Assembly: GCA_964497325.1 (NCBI GenBank)
Contig: CAZCCM010000002.1
Location: 1 to 32,000 of the forward strand
Source of the DNA: an uncultured Lachnospiraceae bacterium
GTDB taxonomy: Bacteria; Bacillota; Clostridia; TANB77; CAG-508
Direction: 5' to 3'
Length of the DNA stretch: 32,000 bases
A program made the translations under genes and the position numbers. A model generated the notes under the pieces. That model was given only the letters and a program-made list of their open reading frames with translations, did not search any database and was not told where the DNA came from. This document shows positions 1-8,718 of the stretch, in pieces; position 1 is the stretch's first letter, and each line of letters begins with the position of its first letter.

Positions 1-38
1 GATTTAAATCCTTGTAGTTCTATTTTTTTAAATATCAT
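1..38 (-). CDS. SMC/RecN-type ATPase, first 12 codons only (gene runs off the left edge)
   Basis: ATG at 38-36 is preceded by an AAAGGA RBS. The visible codons MIFKKIELQGFK(S) match the canonical N-terminal strand of SMC-family ATPases (..K.IEL.GFKS). Only 38 nt are visible. Confidence 0.35.
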   Translation of the reverse strand, partial: MIFKKIELQGFK

Positions 39-75
39 ATTTTCCTTTTATTTTTATTTAATCATTACTTTTTTA

Positions 76-135
76 TTTGGTAATATTCACATTTTATGGT
101 ACATCTAATTAATAAACAATATACCCATTTTTATC
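76..135 (-). repeat. Conserved 60-nt intergenic element, copy 1 of 3 (between the Fic stop and the SMC-like start)
   Basis: Aligns without gaps to 24321-24380 and 30123-30182. The 27-nt core is CATTTTATGGTACATCTAATTAATAAA (plus strand), with 1 mismatch to copy 3. Confidence 0.85.
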
Positions 136-138
136 TTT

Positions 139-1695
139 TTATCTTTCAAAGGTTTCTCCCTTTTGTTCTTCTTCTTTTTGTTCTTCTTCTTTTTTTATCA
201 CTTCTATTACTTTTCTTACTTCTATCTCCTCAGTTATATTTCTATCTAAATAATCAACTCCTGCTCTTAATCCAATAAATTCTTCTAATAAGTAGTCTGA
301 ACCTTCTTCAAATCTAGCACAATCCTCTGGATTTTTATATAGATTTTCTAAGTATTTTTCCCTATCTATGCTATCAATATGCTCATGTTGAAATCCTAAA
401 GCTCCTATATATTTTTCTTTTTGTTCTTTATTAAATACGATAGATTCACCTATGGGTTCTAACATCATATTTATAATAGCTCTTCCTGTTCTTCCATTTC
501 CATCTGGAAAAGGATGTATTCTTATAAATCTATAATGTATTCTGGAAATTTCTTTAATATAGTTTTCTTTGCTCATATTATCTTTATTCTTAATAACCTG
601 AACCATATATGATGTTAAATGTCCCATTGCTTTTTCTGTATATTCTTTAGGTACTACTTTTATTTTTTTAGCATTGCTCGCCATTTGTACCTCTATATTT
701 CTATATCCATTTTCTCCATAATATTTAAAATTAGGTAGTATGGTCTTATTGATTTTCTTTAAATCTTCTTCTATTTCTTTAGGTTCTTTATTTTCTAATG
801 ATGTTGTCATTACTTTTAATTGTGCTAACACATCAGCATATACTTGATTAACTGTATCTAAACCTTTTGTAGGATTTATAGTTTGGCTATTAACATAGTC
901 TAATATTTCTGAGATCATTTGATTCTTAAATCCTGTATAGCCTTTTGATTTATTACTTAAATCTACTATTAATTTTCCGGTTTTTGCTTTTTCTTCTAAA
1001 TCTTTAGTAAAAGCTGTATTCATAAATAAATTTTTAACTATAAAATTTGCTGTGTTTTTTGAAACCTCTGGATCTAAATTTTCGGATAAAATTTCTGTAT
1101 AGTCATTAATTATTTGATCTGTATCTTTTTTCCTTCCTAACATTTTATTAAAGAAAGTACTTATTGGATATTTTCTACTTATTTTATTATTATTGTTTAT
1201 TAAATTTTCTACAAATGGTTCTAATACTAACTGTTTAATTTCATCTAATTGTTCTGTATCTTTACCTATAATACACTTACCTATATCATCTGCAATTAGA
1301 TTTTTAATTTCAATTTTTTCAATTTCATTTCCATCTTGAGACATTTTTTTTATTAAAGGTAAATCAAGGGTTGGTCCTAATATTTTAATTTCATCTTTAT
1401 TTTTAGGTTTATATTCATTAGGAATATAGTATGTAGTCATTACATCTCTTACAGTTTTACTATTTATTGTATGGCTGTTTTTTAAAAATTGAACAATTAA
1501 TTCTTTAACATCAGATTTTTTTAAAAAACTTTCATAAGATTTTATTTCTCCTTTTGTATTTACTACTGTAGATTTACATTCATTTGATATGATTTCTATA
1601 ATTTTATTAATATCTTCATTATATAAGTCAATATCAGAAATTGCTTGTTCATCTTTTAAAAGTTTTTGATAAATTATAGATGCTTTTTCTCTCAT
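139..1695 (-). CDS. Fic (Fido) domain protein, putative AMPylase, with a ~380-aa N-terminal extension
   Basis: 518-aa ORF with the canonical Fic motif HPFPDGNGRTGR (aa 394-405). AGGGAAA RBS upstream. Acidic EEEQK repeat tail at the C-terminus. Confidence 0.85.
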   Translation of the reverse strand: MREKASIIYQKLLKDEQAISDIDLYNEDINKIIEIISNECKSTVVNTKGEIKSYESFLKKSDVKELIVQFLKNSHTINSKTVRDVMTTYYIPNEYKPKNKDEIKILGPTLDLPLIKKMSQDGNEIEKIEIKNLIADDIGKCIIGKDTEQLDEIKQLVLEPFVENLINNNNKISRKYPISTFFNKMLGRKKDTDQIINDYTEILSENLDPEVSKNTANFIVKNLFMNTAFTKDLEEKAKTGKLIVDLSNKSKGYTGFKNQMISEILDYVNSQTINPTKGLDTVNQVYADVLAQLKVMTTSLENKEPKEIEEDLKKINKTILPNFKYYGENGYRNIEVQMASNAKKIKVVPKEYTEKAMGHLTSYMVQVIKNKDNMSKENYIKEISRIHYRFIRIHPFPDGNGRTGRAIINMMLEPIGESIVFNKEQKEKYIGALGFQHEHIDSIDREKYLENLYKNPEDCARFEEGSDYLLEEFIGLRAGVDYLDRNITEEIEVRKVIEVIKKEEEQKEEEQKGETFER

Positions 1696-1790
1696 ATTTT
1701 CCCTAATTTTGTTTTTTGCTTTTTAGCTTTTTAATTTTTTATGCTAATTTATATATTGTATTTACATTGTTTTTCCTTAATTAATATTAC

Positions 1791-4040
1791 TTAACGGCTT
1801 CCGCCTCCGCCTCCACCGAAGCCTCCGCCTCCGCCAGATGTAAATCCTCCACCGCCTCCAGATGAACCACCTGAACCACTTGTTATTGCCATTGCTACAT
1901 TTGCTGCAGCTATGTTATTTTTAGAAGTTCTTACAGTATCCATTACATGCCACATATAATATGAATCTGTAAAAGAATGATTTGTACGTTCTAGTTCTGT
2001 AACAACTTGAGGATGTACTTTCTTTAAAGTTTTTAAAACTTTACTTGCTATTCCAAAGTATGTAGCTAATACTAAAAATTCTCCCCATATTACTATAGAA
2101 TCTTCTGGATATTCTGCTATAAAAGAGTCATTATTTAAAAAATTGTATAATCCTTGATATTCTTCTTTTATATTTTTACCAACATCTGTTAAATGAGGAA
2201 TTAAACTACTAAGCTTACTTTTATTTATGAATATAAACATTAAAGATCCTACTAAACTAAAACCTAAAGCTATTAAATATTCTCGTTCATTAAATTGTAC
2301 ATTTCCAATTAATTTTGTTAATAATAAATATACAAGAAATGCTAGTAAAGCTATTTGAAGAAAAGGTGAAAGCAATGAAGAATTATATTTTTTTTCTTTT
2401 TCTAAACTATATATTCCATCTTTAACTTCTTGTTCTTTTTCCCTTGCAATTAAAATATTGTATCTTGTATCAAATGATGTAAACTTGTTTACTAAATGAT
2501 TTATTAATTGATATTGTTCTATATATACTATTCCTTTTTCATTTTCTATATCTTCTTCAAATTTTCCTTTTGCAAGTACAAATACTTCCACAGGTAAGTC
2601 TGATTTATTCTTTTTAATTGCTTCTTTAATCTTTTTTTCAAACTTTGTATCTGATATTTTAGAAGTTGCATATATTTCTCTTAATAATTTGATAACCTCT
2701 ATTTCATCTGGATCTAATTGATTATATTGTTCTGCTTTTTCAATTATCTTAAAATTCAATTTATATCTTATATTTTCTAATTCTTTAACCTTTAGATGTA
2801 ATTCTTTTGCTTTCTCTGCTCTAATACTTTTTTCAATAGCTGTTAATATATTTGCAATTTCTATAGGATTTCCTGCTACTCCTAATTCTTGACATGCTTT
2901 TTCTGCAATCTTTGCTTTTTCCATTAAAGCTTCATCAACAGAATCTATAGAACCATCTATACCTTCTTTTATTGGTATAATTTCTAAATATTTCTTTTGT
3001 GATAATTTCATTAACATTGTTACAAAAAAATTCATTGCTCCTTTATTTTCATATATAACATTTGCAGCTGTAATATTAAGTTTTGTTGCAGGAAGATCTG
3101 TGTATCTATCCCATGTTTTAATTACTCCTTCTGAAAAAATTTTCTTTATTTTAGTTGTTTGAATTATTTCATAAGCTATAATTATTCCAACAATTAGCAT
3201 AATTGCTGCAGCTGTAGAAGATATTATTCTGCCCCTGTTTGAATCATTTATAGATGATATTACAGTATTTTCTGTATTTCTTTTTTCTTCTGCTAATATA
3301 CTTGCTTTTTGATTAATTTTTATTTCTGGTGCTTCACGTACTATTTCTTTTGAGAATAATACTCTTCCTTCAACAAATGTATTTGCTGGTATTTTATTAG
3401 CTTTTATATCAACCTTGCCGTCTACAAAATTTATTTCTCCTGAAGGTGCTCCATGTCCCCAAATTGATGATGTTTCTGCTCTTAATGGAGAAGGGAACGA
3501 AATTAATGCATGAAAGTTTTCAATAGGTAAAGAAAAATCTTTCCCAACAAACATATGATTATATTCTGCAACATCTAAATAATTTTTTACAGGACCATCT
3601 ACAGTATATTCAATCTTGTATTTTCTTCTATCTCTCCCATATTCTAATCCTACTCCCCATGCTATTTCAAAATTACCTTTATACATGCCTGCATGAAAAT
3701 AGTTTAAGTTTTCTTTTCCATTATATGGAATATTTTCATTTTCTTTCATTGGAATCCATGAATTTGAGGATTCATCAAAATATGAGACTTTAATATCAGA
3801 AAAGTTATCTATATTGGCAGTATCAAAAGATTGATATAGTGTACTAGAATTAACTATATTTATATCCCAAATATCTTCAACAAAAACTTTTCCATCAACT
3901 TGTACTATTGCTGTTATATCTCTATTTTTAATTCTTTCTTCATTCTGACTTAATATAAATATTCCTGCTAAAATAATAGAAATTAATATTAATATAGCCA
4001 CAATTCCAAAATAACTATGTTTTTTAACTTTTTTCATCAT
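1791..4040 (-). CDS. DUF2207-family membrane protein, paralogue 1
   Basis: 749 aa with an N-terminal TM anchor, a large extracytoplasmic domain, internal TM helices and the family-typical Gly-rich tail GGGGGFTSGGGGGFGGGGGGSR. AAAGGAGG RBS. Alignable end to end with 4318-6594. Confidence 0.85.
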   Translation of the reverse strand: MMKKVKKHSYFGIVAILILISIILAGIFILSQNEERIKNRDITAIVQVDGKVFVEDIWDINIVNSSTLYQSFDTANIDNFSDIKVSYFDESSNSWIPMKENENIPYNGKENLNYFHAGMYKGNFEIAWGVGLEYGRDRRKYKIEYTVDGPVKNYLDVAEYNHMFVGKDFSLPIENFHALISFPSPLRAETSSIWGHGAPSGEINFVDGKVDIKANKIPANTFVEGRVLFSKEIVREAPEIKINQKASILAEEKRNTENTVISSINDSNRGRIISSTAAAIMLIVGIIIAYEIIQTTKIKKIFSEGVIKTWDRYTDLPATKLNITAANVIYENKGAMNFFVTMLMKLSQKKYLEIIPIKEGIDGSIDSVDEALMEKAKIAEKACQELGVAGNPIEIANILTAIEKSIRAEKAKELHLKVKELENIRYKLNFKIIEKAEQYNQLDPDEIEVIKLLREIYATSKISDTKFEKKIKEAIKKNKSDLPVEVFVLAKGKFEEDIENEKGIVYIEQYQLINHLVNKFTSFDTRYNILIAREKEQEVKDGIYSLEKEKKYNSSLLSPFLQIALLAFLVYLLLTKLIGNVQFNEREYLIALGFSLVGSLMFIFINKSKLSSLIPHLTDVGKNIKEEYQGLYNFLNNDSFIAEYPEDSIVIWGEFLVLATYFGIASKVLKTLKKVHPQVVTELERTNHSFTDSYYMWHVMDTVRTSKNNIAAANVAMAITSGSGGSSGGGGGFTSGGGGGFGGGGGGSR

Positions 4041-4093
4041 TTTCCTCCTTTAAATAAGAAGTATCTAAAAAAATATGTCAATTTCTTTCTTTC

Positions 4094-4122
4094 ATTATAT
4101 CTTTTTTTATATTAAATGTCTA
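4094..4122 (-). promoter_or_regulatory. sigma70-type promoter of DUF2207 paralogue 1
   Basis: Minus strand reads TAGACA-17 nt-TATAAT (-35 at 4117-4122, -10 at 4094-4099). The same TAGACA/17-nt layout recurs upstream of paralogue 2. Confidence 0.6.
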
Positions 4123-4268
4123 TTTAAATTACACCTTCTAAGCTATTTAGTATATAAATTAGAAGCTATTTTGTTAACTATTTTAGTCTACTCTTTTATT
4201 TAAATATTCTTAGTTCTTTAAATTATTATATAACTTCTCTATTACATAAATTTTTAATATTTAAACAT

Positions 4269-4300
4269 AAAAAAACATATACTTTTATGTATATGTTTTT
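4269..4300. terminator. Rho-independent (bidirectional) terminator after DUF2207 paralogue 2
   Basis: Hairpin AAAAAAACATATAC-TTTTAT-GTATATGTTTTT. Nearly identical to the hairpin at 6713-6745. Confidence 0.7.
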
Positions 4301-4317
4301 ATATTAGTTAATATTAG

Positions 4318-6594
4318 TTAACGACTTCCTCCGCCGCCGCCTCCGAAGCCGCTACCTCCACCAGATGTAAAGCCTCCTCCACCTCCAGATGATCCTCTAA
4401 AACCACTTGTTGATTCCATTTTAGCTCTTCTTGCATTTTCATTTGCCATTGTACTTGCTTTTACTATATTATTTCTTGAAGTATTTACACTGTCTGATAT
4501 ATACCATAAATTATTTGATTCTCTAAAAGAGGGATTTGAACGTTCTAATTCTGTAATAATTTGTGGATGTACTTTCTTTAATGTTTCTAATACTTTACTT
4601 GCTATTCCAAAATATGTGGCTAATACTAGAAATCCCCCCCAAATTACTATAGATTGTTCTGGATATTCTGCTATAAAAGAGTCATTGTTTAAAAAATTAT
4701 ATAATCCCTTATATTCTTCTTTTATATTTTTACCTTCATCTGTTAGATGTGGTTTTAATCTATTAACTTTAATTTTTTCCAATAATACAAATGTTAAAGA
4801 TGTTATTAAAGTGAGTCCTGCAGCTATTAAATATTGAAATTCATTAAATTGTAGTTTTCCAATTAAGTTTCTTAACAATATATATACGAAAATTGATAAT
4901 AAAATAATTGGAATCCTTGGTGTAAATATTAATGAATTATATTGTTCTTCTTTTGCTAAACTATATATTCCTTCTATTGTTTCTCTTCCTTTTTCTTTTA
5001 CTATTAAAGCTTTATATTTTGAATTAAATGAAGTAAATCCATACACTAAACGATCTATTAATTGATATTGTTCTATATATATAATTTCTTTATTCTCTTT
5101 TAATTCTCCTATAAATATGTCTTTAGCACGTGTAAATACTTCTGCTGGTAAATTTGAATTATTCTTTTTTAAAGCTGCTATTATCTTTTCTTTATAATTT
5201 AAAGGTCCTATTTGAGAAGCTGAATACACATATTTCATAAAGTTAATAACTTCTAACTCATCTGGTTCTAATTTGTTTAATCTTCTAGCTTCTTCTATTG
5301 CTTTATTATTTAATTTATATCTTATATTTTCTAAATCTTTAAGACTTAGATGTAATTTCATTGCTTTATCTGATCTAATATCTTTTTCGGCATCTATAAC
5401 TACTTTAGCAATTTCTACTGGATCTCCTACTAAACCTAATTCTGAACAAACTTTTTCAGTAATTTTTATTTGATTCATTAAAATTTCATCAACAAGATCT
5501 ATAGAGCCATCTACTTTTTCTTTAATTGGTATAATTTCTATATATTTTTTATATGATAATTTCATTAATACTGTTATTAAAAAATTCATTGCTCCTTTAT
5601 CTTCATAAATAACATTTGCAGCCAATATATTCAGTTTTGTTTGAGGAAAATCTGTATATTTTCCCCATTTTCTAATAAATTCTTCTGGAAATTCTTTCCT
5701 TACTTTAATTATTTGAGCTATTTGATAAATTATAACTATTCCAACAAATAGCATAATCGGTATAGTTGCTTTAAATATTTTACTATTTCTATTTTCATTA
5801 TTTATACTTGCTATTTTAGTATTTTTTGTGTTTATTCTTTCTTCAGATAATATATATTCTTTACCATTTATCCCTATTTCTAAAGCATTAGGTACTAATT
5901 TGTTTGAAAACATTACCCTTCCTTCAACAAATGTATTTATTGGTATTTTACTAGCTTTTATTTCTACATTTCCATTTACAAAGTTTATTTCTCCAGAAGG
6001 TGCTCCATGTCCCCAAATTAAAGCTGTTTCTGCATTTAACGAAGAAGGAAATGATATTACTGCATTGAATTTTTCAATAGGTAAAGAAAAGTTTTTTCCA
6101 ACAAACATGTGATTGTATTCTGCAATATCTTTATACTTCTTTACAGGTCCATCAACAATATACTCAATCTTATACTTCCTTCTACCTATTTGATGTTCTA
6201 ATCCTACTCCCCATCCTATTTCAAAATTACCTCTATACATACCTGCATGAAAGTTATTTAATTTTTCTTTTCCATCATATGCTATATTTTTATTTTCTTG
6301 CATAGGAATCCATGAATTTGAAGATTTGTCAAAATATGAGACTTTAATATTAGAAAAATTATCTATCCCTGCAGTATCAAAAGACTGATACAGTGTACTT
6401 GAATTGACTATCTTTACATCCCATATGTCTTCAACAAAAACTTTTCCATCAACTTGAACTTCTGTCTTTATATTTCTCTTTTTAATTCTTTCTTTGTTTA
6501 AACTATATATAACTATTCCGGATAAAATTATAAAAATTAATATTAATATTGCTGTCGCTCTAAAATATTTATTATTTTTAAATTTTTCAATCAT
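4318..6594 (-). CDS. DUF2207-family membrane protein, paralogue 2
   Basis: 758 aa with the same architecture as paralogue 1 and a near-identical Gly-rich tail (GGGGGFTSGGGSGFGGGGGGSR). AAGGAG RBS. Confidence 0.85.
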   Translation of the reverse strand: MIEKFKNNKYFRATAILILIFIILSGIVIYSLNKERIKKRNIKTEVQVDGKVFVEDIWDVKIVNSSTLYQSFDTAGIDNFSNIKVSYFDKSSNSWIPMQENKNIAYDGKEKLNNFHAGMYRGNFEIGWGVGLEHQIGRRKYKIEYIVDGPVKKYKDIAEYNHMFVGKNFSLPIEKFNAVISFPSSLNAETALIWGHGAPSGEINFVNGNVEIKASKIPINTFVEGRVMFSNKLVPNALEIGINGKEYILSEERINTKNTKIASINNENRNSKIFKATIPIMLFVGIVIIYQIAQIIKVRKEFPEEFIRKWGKYTDFPQTKLNILAANVIYEDKGAMNFLITVLMKLSYKKYIEIIPIKEKVDGSIDLVDEILMNQIKITEKVCSELGLVGDPVEIAKVVIDAEKDIRSDKAMKLHLSLKDLENIRYKLNNKAIEEARRLNKLEPDELEVINFMKYVYSASQIGPLNYKEKIIAALKKNNSNLPAEVFTRAKDIFIGELKENKEIIYIEQYQLIDRLVYGFTSFNSKYKALIVKEKGRETIEGIYSLAKEEQYNSLIFTPRIPIILLSIFVYILLRNLIGKLQFNEFQYLIAAGLTLITSLTFVLLEKIKVNRLKPHLTDEGKNIKEEYKGLYNFLNNDSFIAEYPEQSIVIWGGFLVLATYFGIASKVLETLKKVHPQIITELERSNPSFRESNNLWYISDSVNTSRNNIVKASTMANENARRAKMESTSGFRGSSGGGGGFTSGGGSGFGGGGGGSR

Positions 6595-6649
6595 TTTTGC
6601 TCCTTAAAATATCAAATATTTAAAAAACATTTACCTTTTCTTTATTTTT

Positions 6650-6678
6650 AGTATATCTTTTTGAAAATTAAATGTCTA
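6650..6678 (-). promoter_or_regulatory. sigma70-type promoter of DUF2207 paralogue 2
   Basis: Minus strand reads TAGACA-17 nt-TATACT (-35 at 6673-6678, -10 at 6650-6655). Paralogous to the promoter at 4094-4122. Confidence 0.55.
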
Positions 6679-6712
6679 TTTGTATTACACATCCTAAACT
6701 CTATTTACATAC

Positions 6713-6745
6713 AAAAAACATATACTTTTAAGTATATGTTTTTTT
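6713..6745. terminator. Rho-independent terminator closing glycan unit 2 (after wecB copy A)
   Basis: Hairpin AAAAAACATATAC-TTTTAA-GTATATGTTTTTTT, flanked by A and T runs. Confidence 0.7.
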
Positions 6746-6795
6746 AAATATCTTTTAAATTTATAAAATCATTCAACTATAGATAAAATATTCTC

Positions 6796-7897
6796 TTATT
6801 TGAATCTTTTTATAATCTCATCGACTATTCTTTTACTTGCAAACCCATCTCCATATGGATTATGTGCTTTACTCATTTTATCATATGCTTTTTTATCATC
6901 TAATAATTTTTTTGTTTCATTATATATTAGTTCCATATCTGTACCAACTAATTTTAAAGTACCTGCCTCTATTCCTTCTGGTCTTTCTGTTGTATCTCTA
7001 AGTACTAATACTGGTTTACCAAGTGATGGAGCCTCTTCTTGTAATCCTCCACTATCTGTTAAAATTATGTATGATTTATTCATAAAATTATGAAAATCTA
7101 ATACTTCAAGTGGTTCTATTAACTTAACTCTATCAGTATTACCAAAAACTTCTTTTGCTACACTTCTAACCTTTGGATTCATATGTATTGGATATACTAC
7201 TTTAACATCACTATATTCATCTACTATTCTTTTTATTGCTAAGAAAATTCTTTTCATAGGTGCACCTAGATTTTCACGCCTATGTGCAGTAAGTAAAATC
7301 ATTCTATCTTTTCCTACCCATTCTAAAACAGGATGAGTGTAGTTTTCTTCTACAGTATATGCCATTGCATCTATAACTGTATTACCTGTTACAAAAATAT
7401 CTTCTTCCTTTTTTCCTTCATTTATTAAATTTTTAGCAGAAGTTTCTGTTGGTGCAAAATGCATATTTGCTAAAACTCCTACCATTTGCCTATTTGCTTC
7501 TTCTGGATATGGCGAATACATATTCCATGTACGTAGTCCTGCTTCAACATGTCCGAATTTGTACTTGATTATATAAGGCTGCTAATGCTCCAGCAAAAGT
7601 AGTTGAAGTATCTCCATGTACTAATACAATATCTGGTTTTACCTCTCTAATCACAGTTTCTAATCCATTTAAAGCTCTTGTTGTAACCTCAGCCAGTGTT
7701 TGTCCCTGTTTCATAATGTTCAAATCATAATCAGGTTTTATTTCAAACGCATTTAGTACTTGATCAAGCATCTCCCTATGCTGTGCTGTAACACAAACTA
7801 TGCACTCAATTTCTTTTCTATTTTGTAGCTCCTTTACTAAAGGTGCCATTTTTATTGTCTCTGGTCTTGTACCGAAGATTGTCATTACTTTAATCAT
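6796..7897 (-). pseudogene. wecB: UDP-N-acetylglucosamine 2-epimerase (non-hydrolysing), split by a 1-nt frameshift, copy A
   Basis: ORFs 7544-7897 ([34 protein letters not shown]) and 6796-7521 (MYSPYPEEANRQM..) are the two parts of one WecB/MnaA-type epimerase. Reading [15 protein letters not shown] upstream of the second ORF restores the conserved motif. One extra base (plus-strand g at 7555) separates the frames. Confidence 0.85.
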
Positions 7898-8012
7898 TTT
7901 TAAACTCTTTCTTATTCTTTTTTATAATAAATAAAAATTTAATATTATATTTAATAAATCTTTTCATCCTAACTGGTTCCTTAACAATTCTATATAACCA
8001 TTCAATATTATA
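6796..8012. repeat. 1217-bp perfect direct repeat, copy A (wecB plus the 3' end of tagA)
   Basis: Compared line by line with 13164-14380 (offset 6368). I found no mismatch. Confidence 0.95.
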
Positions 8013-8618
8013 TTTAATAAAAAATTTTGGTGCTCTTTTCTTTTTTCCACCTAATATATCAAGAGCCCCTCCTACTCCGATAAAAATTCCTTTTTTAAAT
8101 TTATGTAAGTTATTAAATATAATCTTTTCTTGTAAAGGAACTCCTTGCCCTACTAATACAATATCTGGTTTTAATTTTGCAATCTCATCAAAGACACTAT
8201 CTTTATCTTCAACATATCCATTACTTGTTCCTAATACAGTAACATTTGGATATTTTTCAAAAATATTTTCTTTTACAAGGATAAGTACCTCATCTGTAGT
8301 TCCAAACATATATACACTTTTTGTTAATTCATTGGCATAAGATAATAATGTATTAACAATATCAATTCCAGGAATTCTTTCTTTAATATTATATCCCAAT
8401 CTGTTTCCTAATTTTACAATTGATATTCCATCAGGAACAATAGTGGTAGAATCACTCAATAATATATCTCTAAAGTCTTTATTCTCATGAACTAATACGA
8501 AAGCCTCTGGATTTGCTGTAATAATAAATTTTTTATTTTCATCTTTTAAGTCGTTATATATTTGATTATTAAATTCTTCTTCTCCATCTTTAAATATTTT
8601 TTCAAATATTTTTTTCAA
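7890..8618 (-). CDS. tagA: WecG/TagA/CpsF-family glycosyltransferase (ManNAc-type transferase)
   Basis: 242 aa with family motifs [30 protein letters not shown] and [19 protein letters not shown] start with an AAAGGAG RBS. Overlaps the wecB start by 8 nt. Confidence 0.85.
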   Translation of the reverse strand: MKKIFEKIFKDGEEEFNNQIYNDLKDENKKFIITANPEAFVLVHENKDFRDILLSDSTTIVPDGISIVKLGNRLGYNIKERIPGIDIVNTLLSYANELTKSVYMFGTTDEVLILVKENIFEKYPNVTVLGTSNGYVEDKDSVFDEIAKLKPDIVLVGQGVPLQEKIIFNNLHKFKKGIFIGVGGALDILGGKKKRAPKFFIKYNIEWLYRIVKEPVRMKRFIKYNIKFLFIIKKNKKEFKND

Positions 8619-8718
8619 CTTATTCTCCTTTTAAAATTTATTTATTTTTTATCTTTCTAAATTCTTTTTAACTTAATATATAAAACATTTTTGTTTAATT
8701 TATTAGGTATTTTATATT

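Noticed and set aside
139-230. Short tandem repeat CTTCTTCTTTTTGTT in the Fic 3' end
   Set aside because: It simply encodes the EEEQKEEEQK acidic tail, so it is coding low complexity and not a regulatory repeat.
96-278. 60-aa plus-strand ORF (MVHLINKQYTHFYLFIF..LLLFVLLLF..)
   Set aside because: It is a low-complexity Leu/Phe shadow antisense to the EEEQK-encoding 3' end of the Fic gene. It overlaps element copy 1 and has no RBS.
4616-6112. Plus-strand ORFs 4616-4837, 5273-5473 and 5828-6112
   Set aside because: They are antisense shadows inside the well-supported DUF2207 gene. They are hydrophobic and low-complexity, as is typical of AT-rich reverse frames, and have no RBS.
6800-7093. 97-aa plus-strand ORF, duplicated at 13168-13461
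   Set aside because: It is antisense to wecB. It appears twice only because the 1217-bp repeat contains it.
7544-7897. 117-aa and 241-aa ORFs treated as two separate genes (both copies)
   Set aside because: Together they reconstitute one colinear WecB/MnaA epimerase, with the conserved GHVEAGLRT motif spanning the junction. I annotated them as a frameshifted gene.
6796-8012. 1217-bp repeat as an insertion sequence
   Set aside because: It encodes wecB and part of tagA. It has no transposase, no terminal inverted repeats and no target-site duplication.
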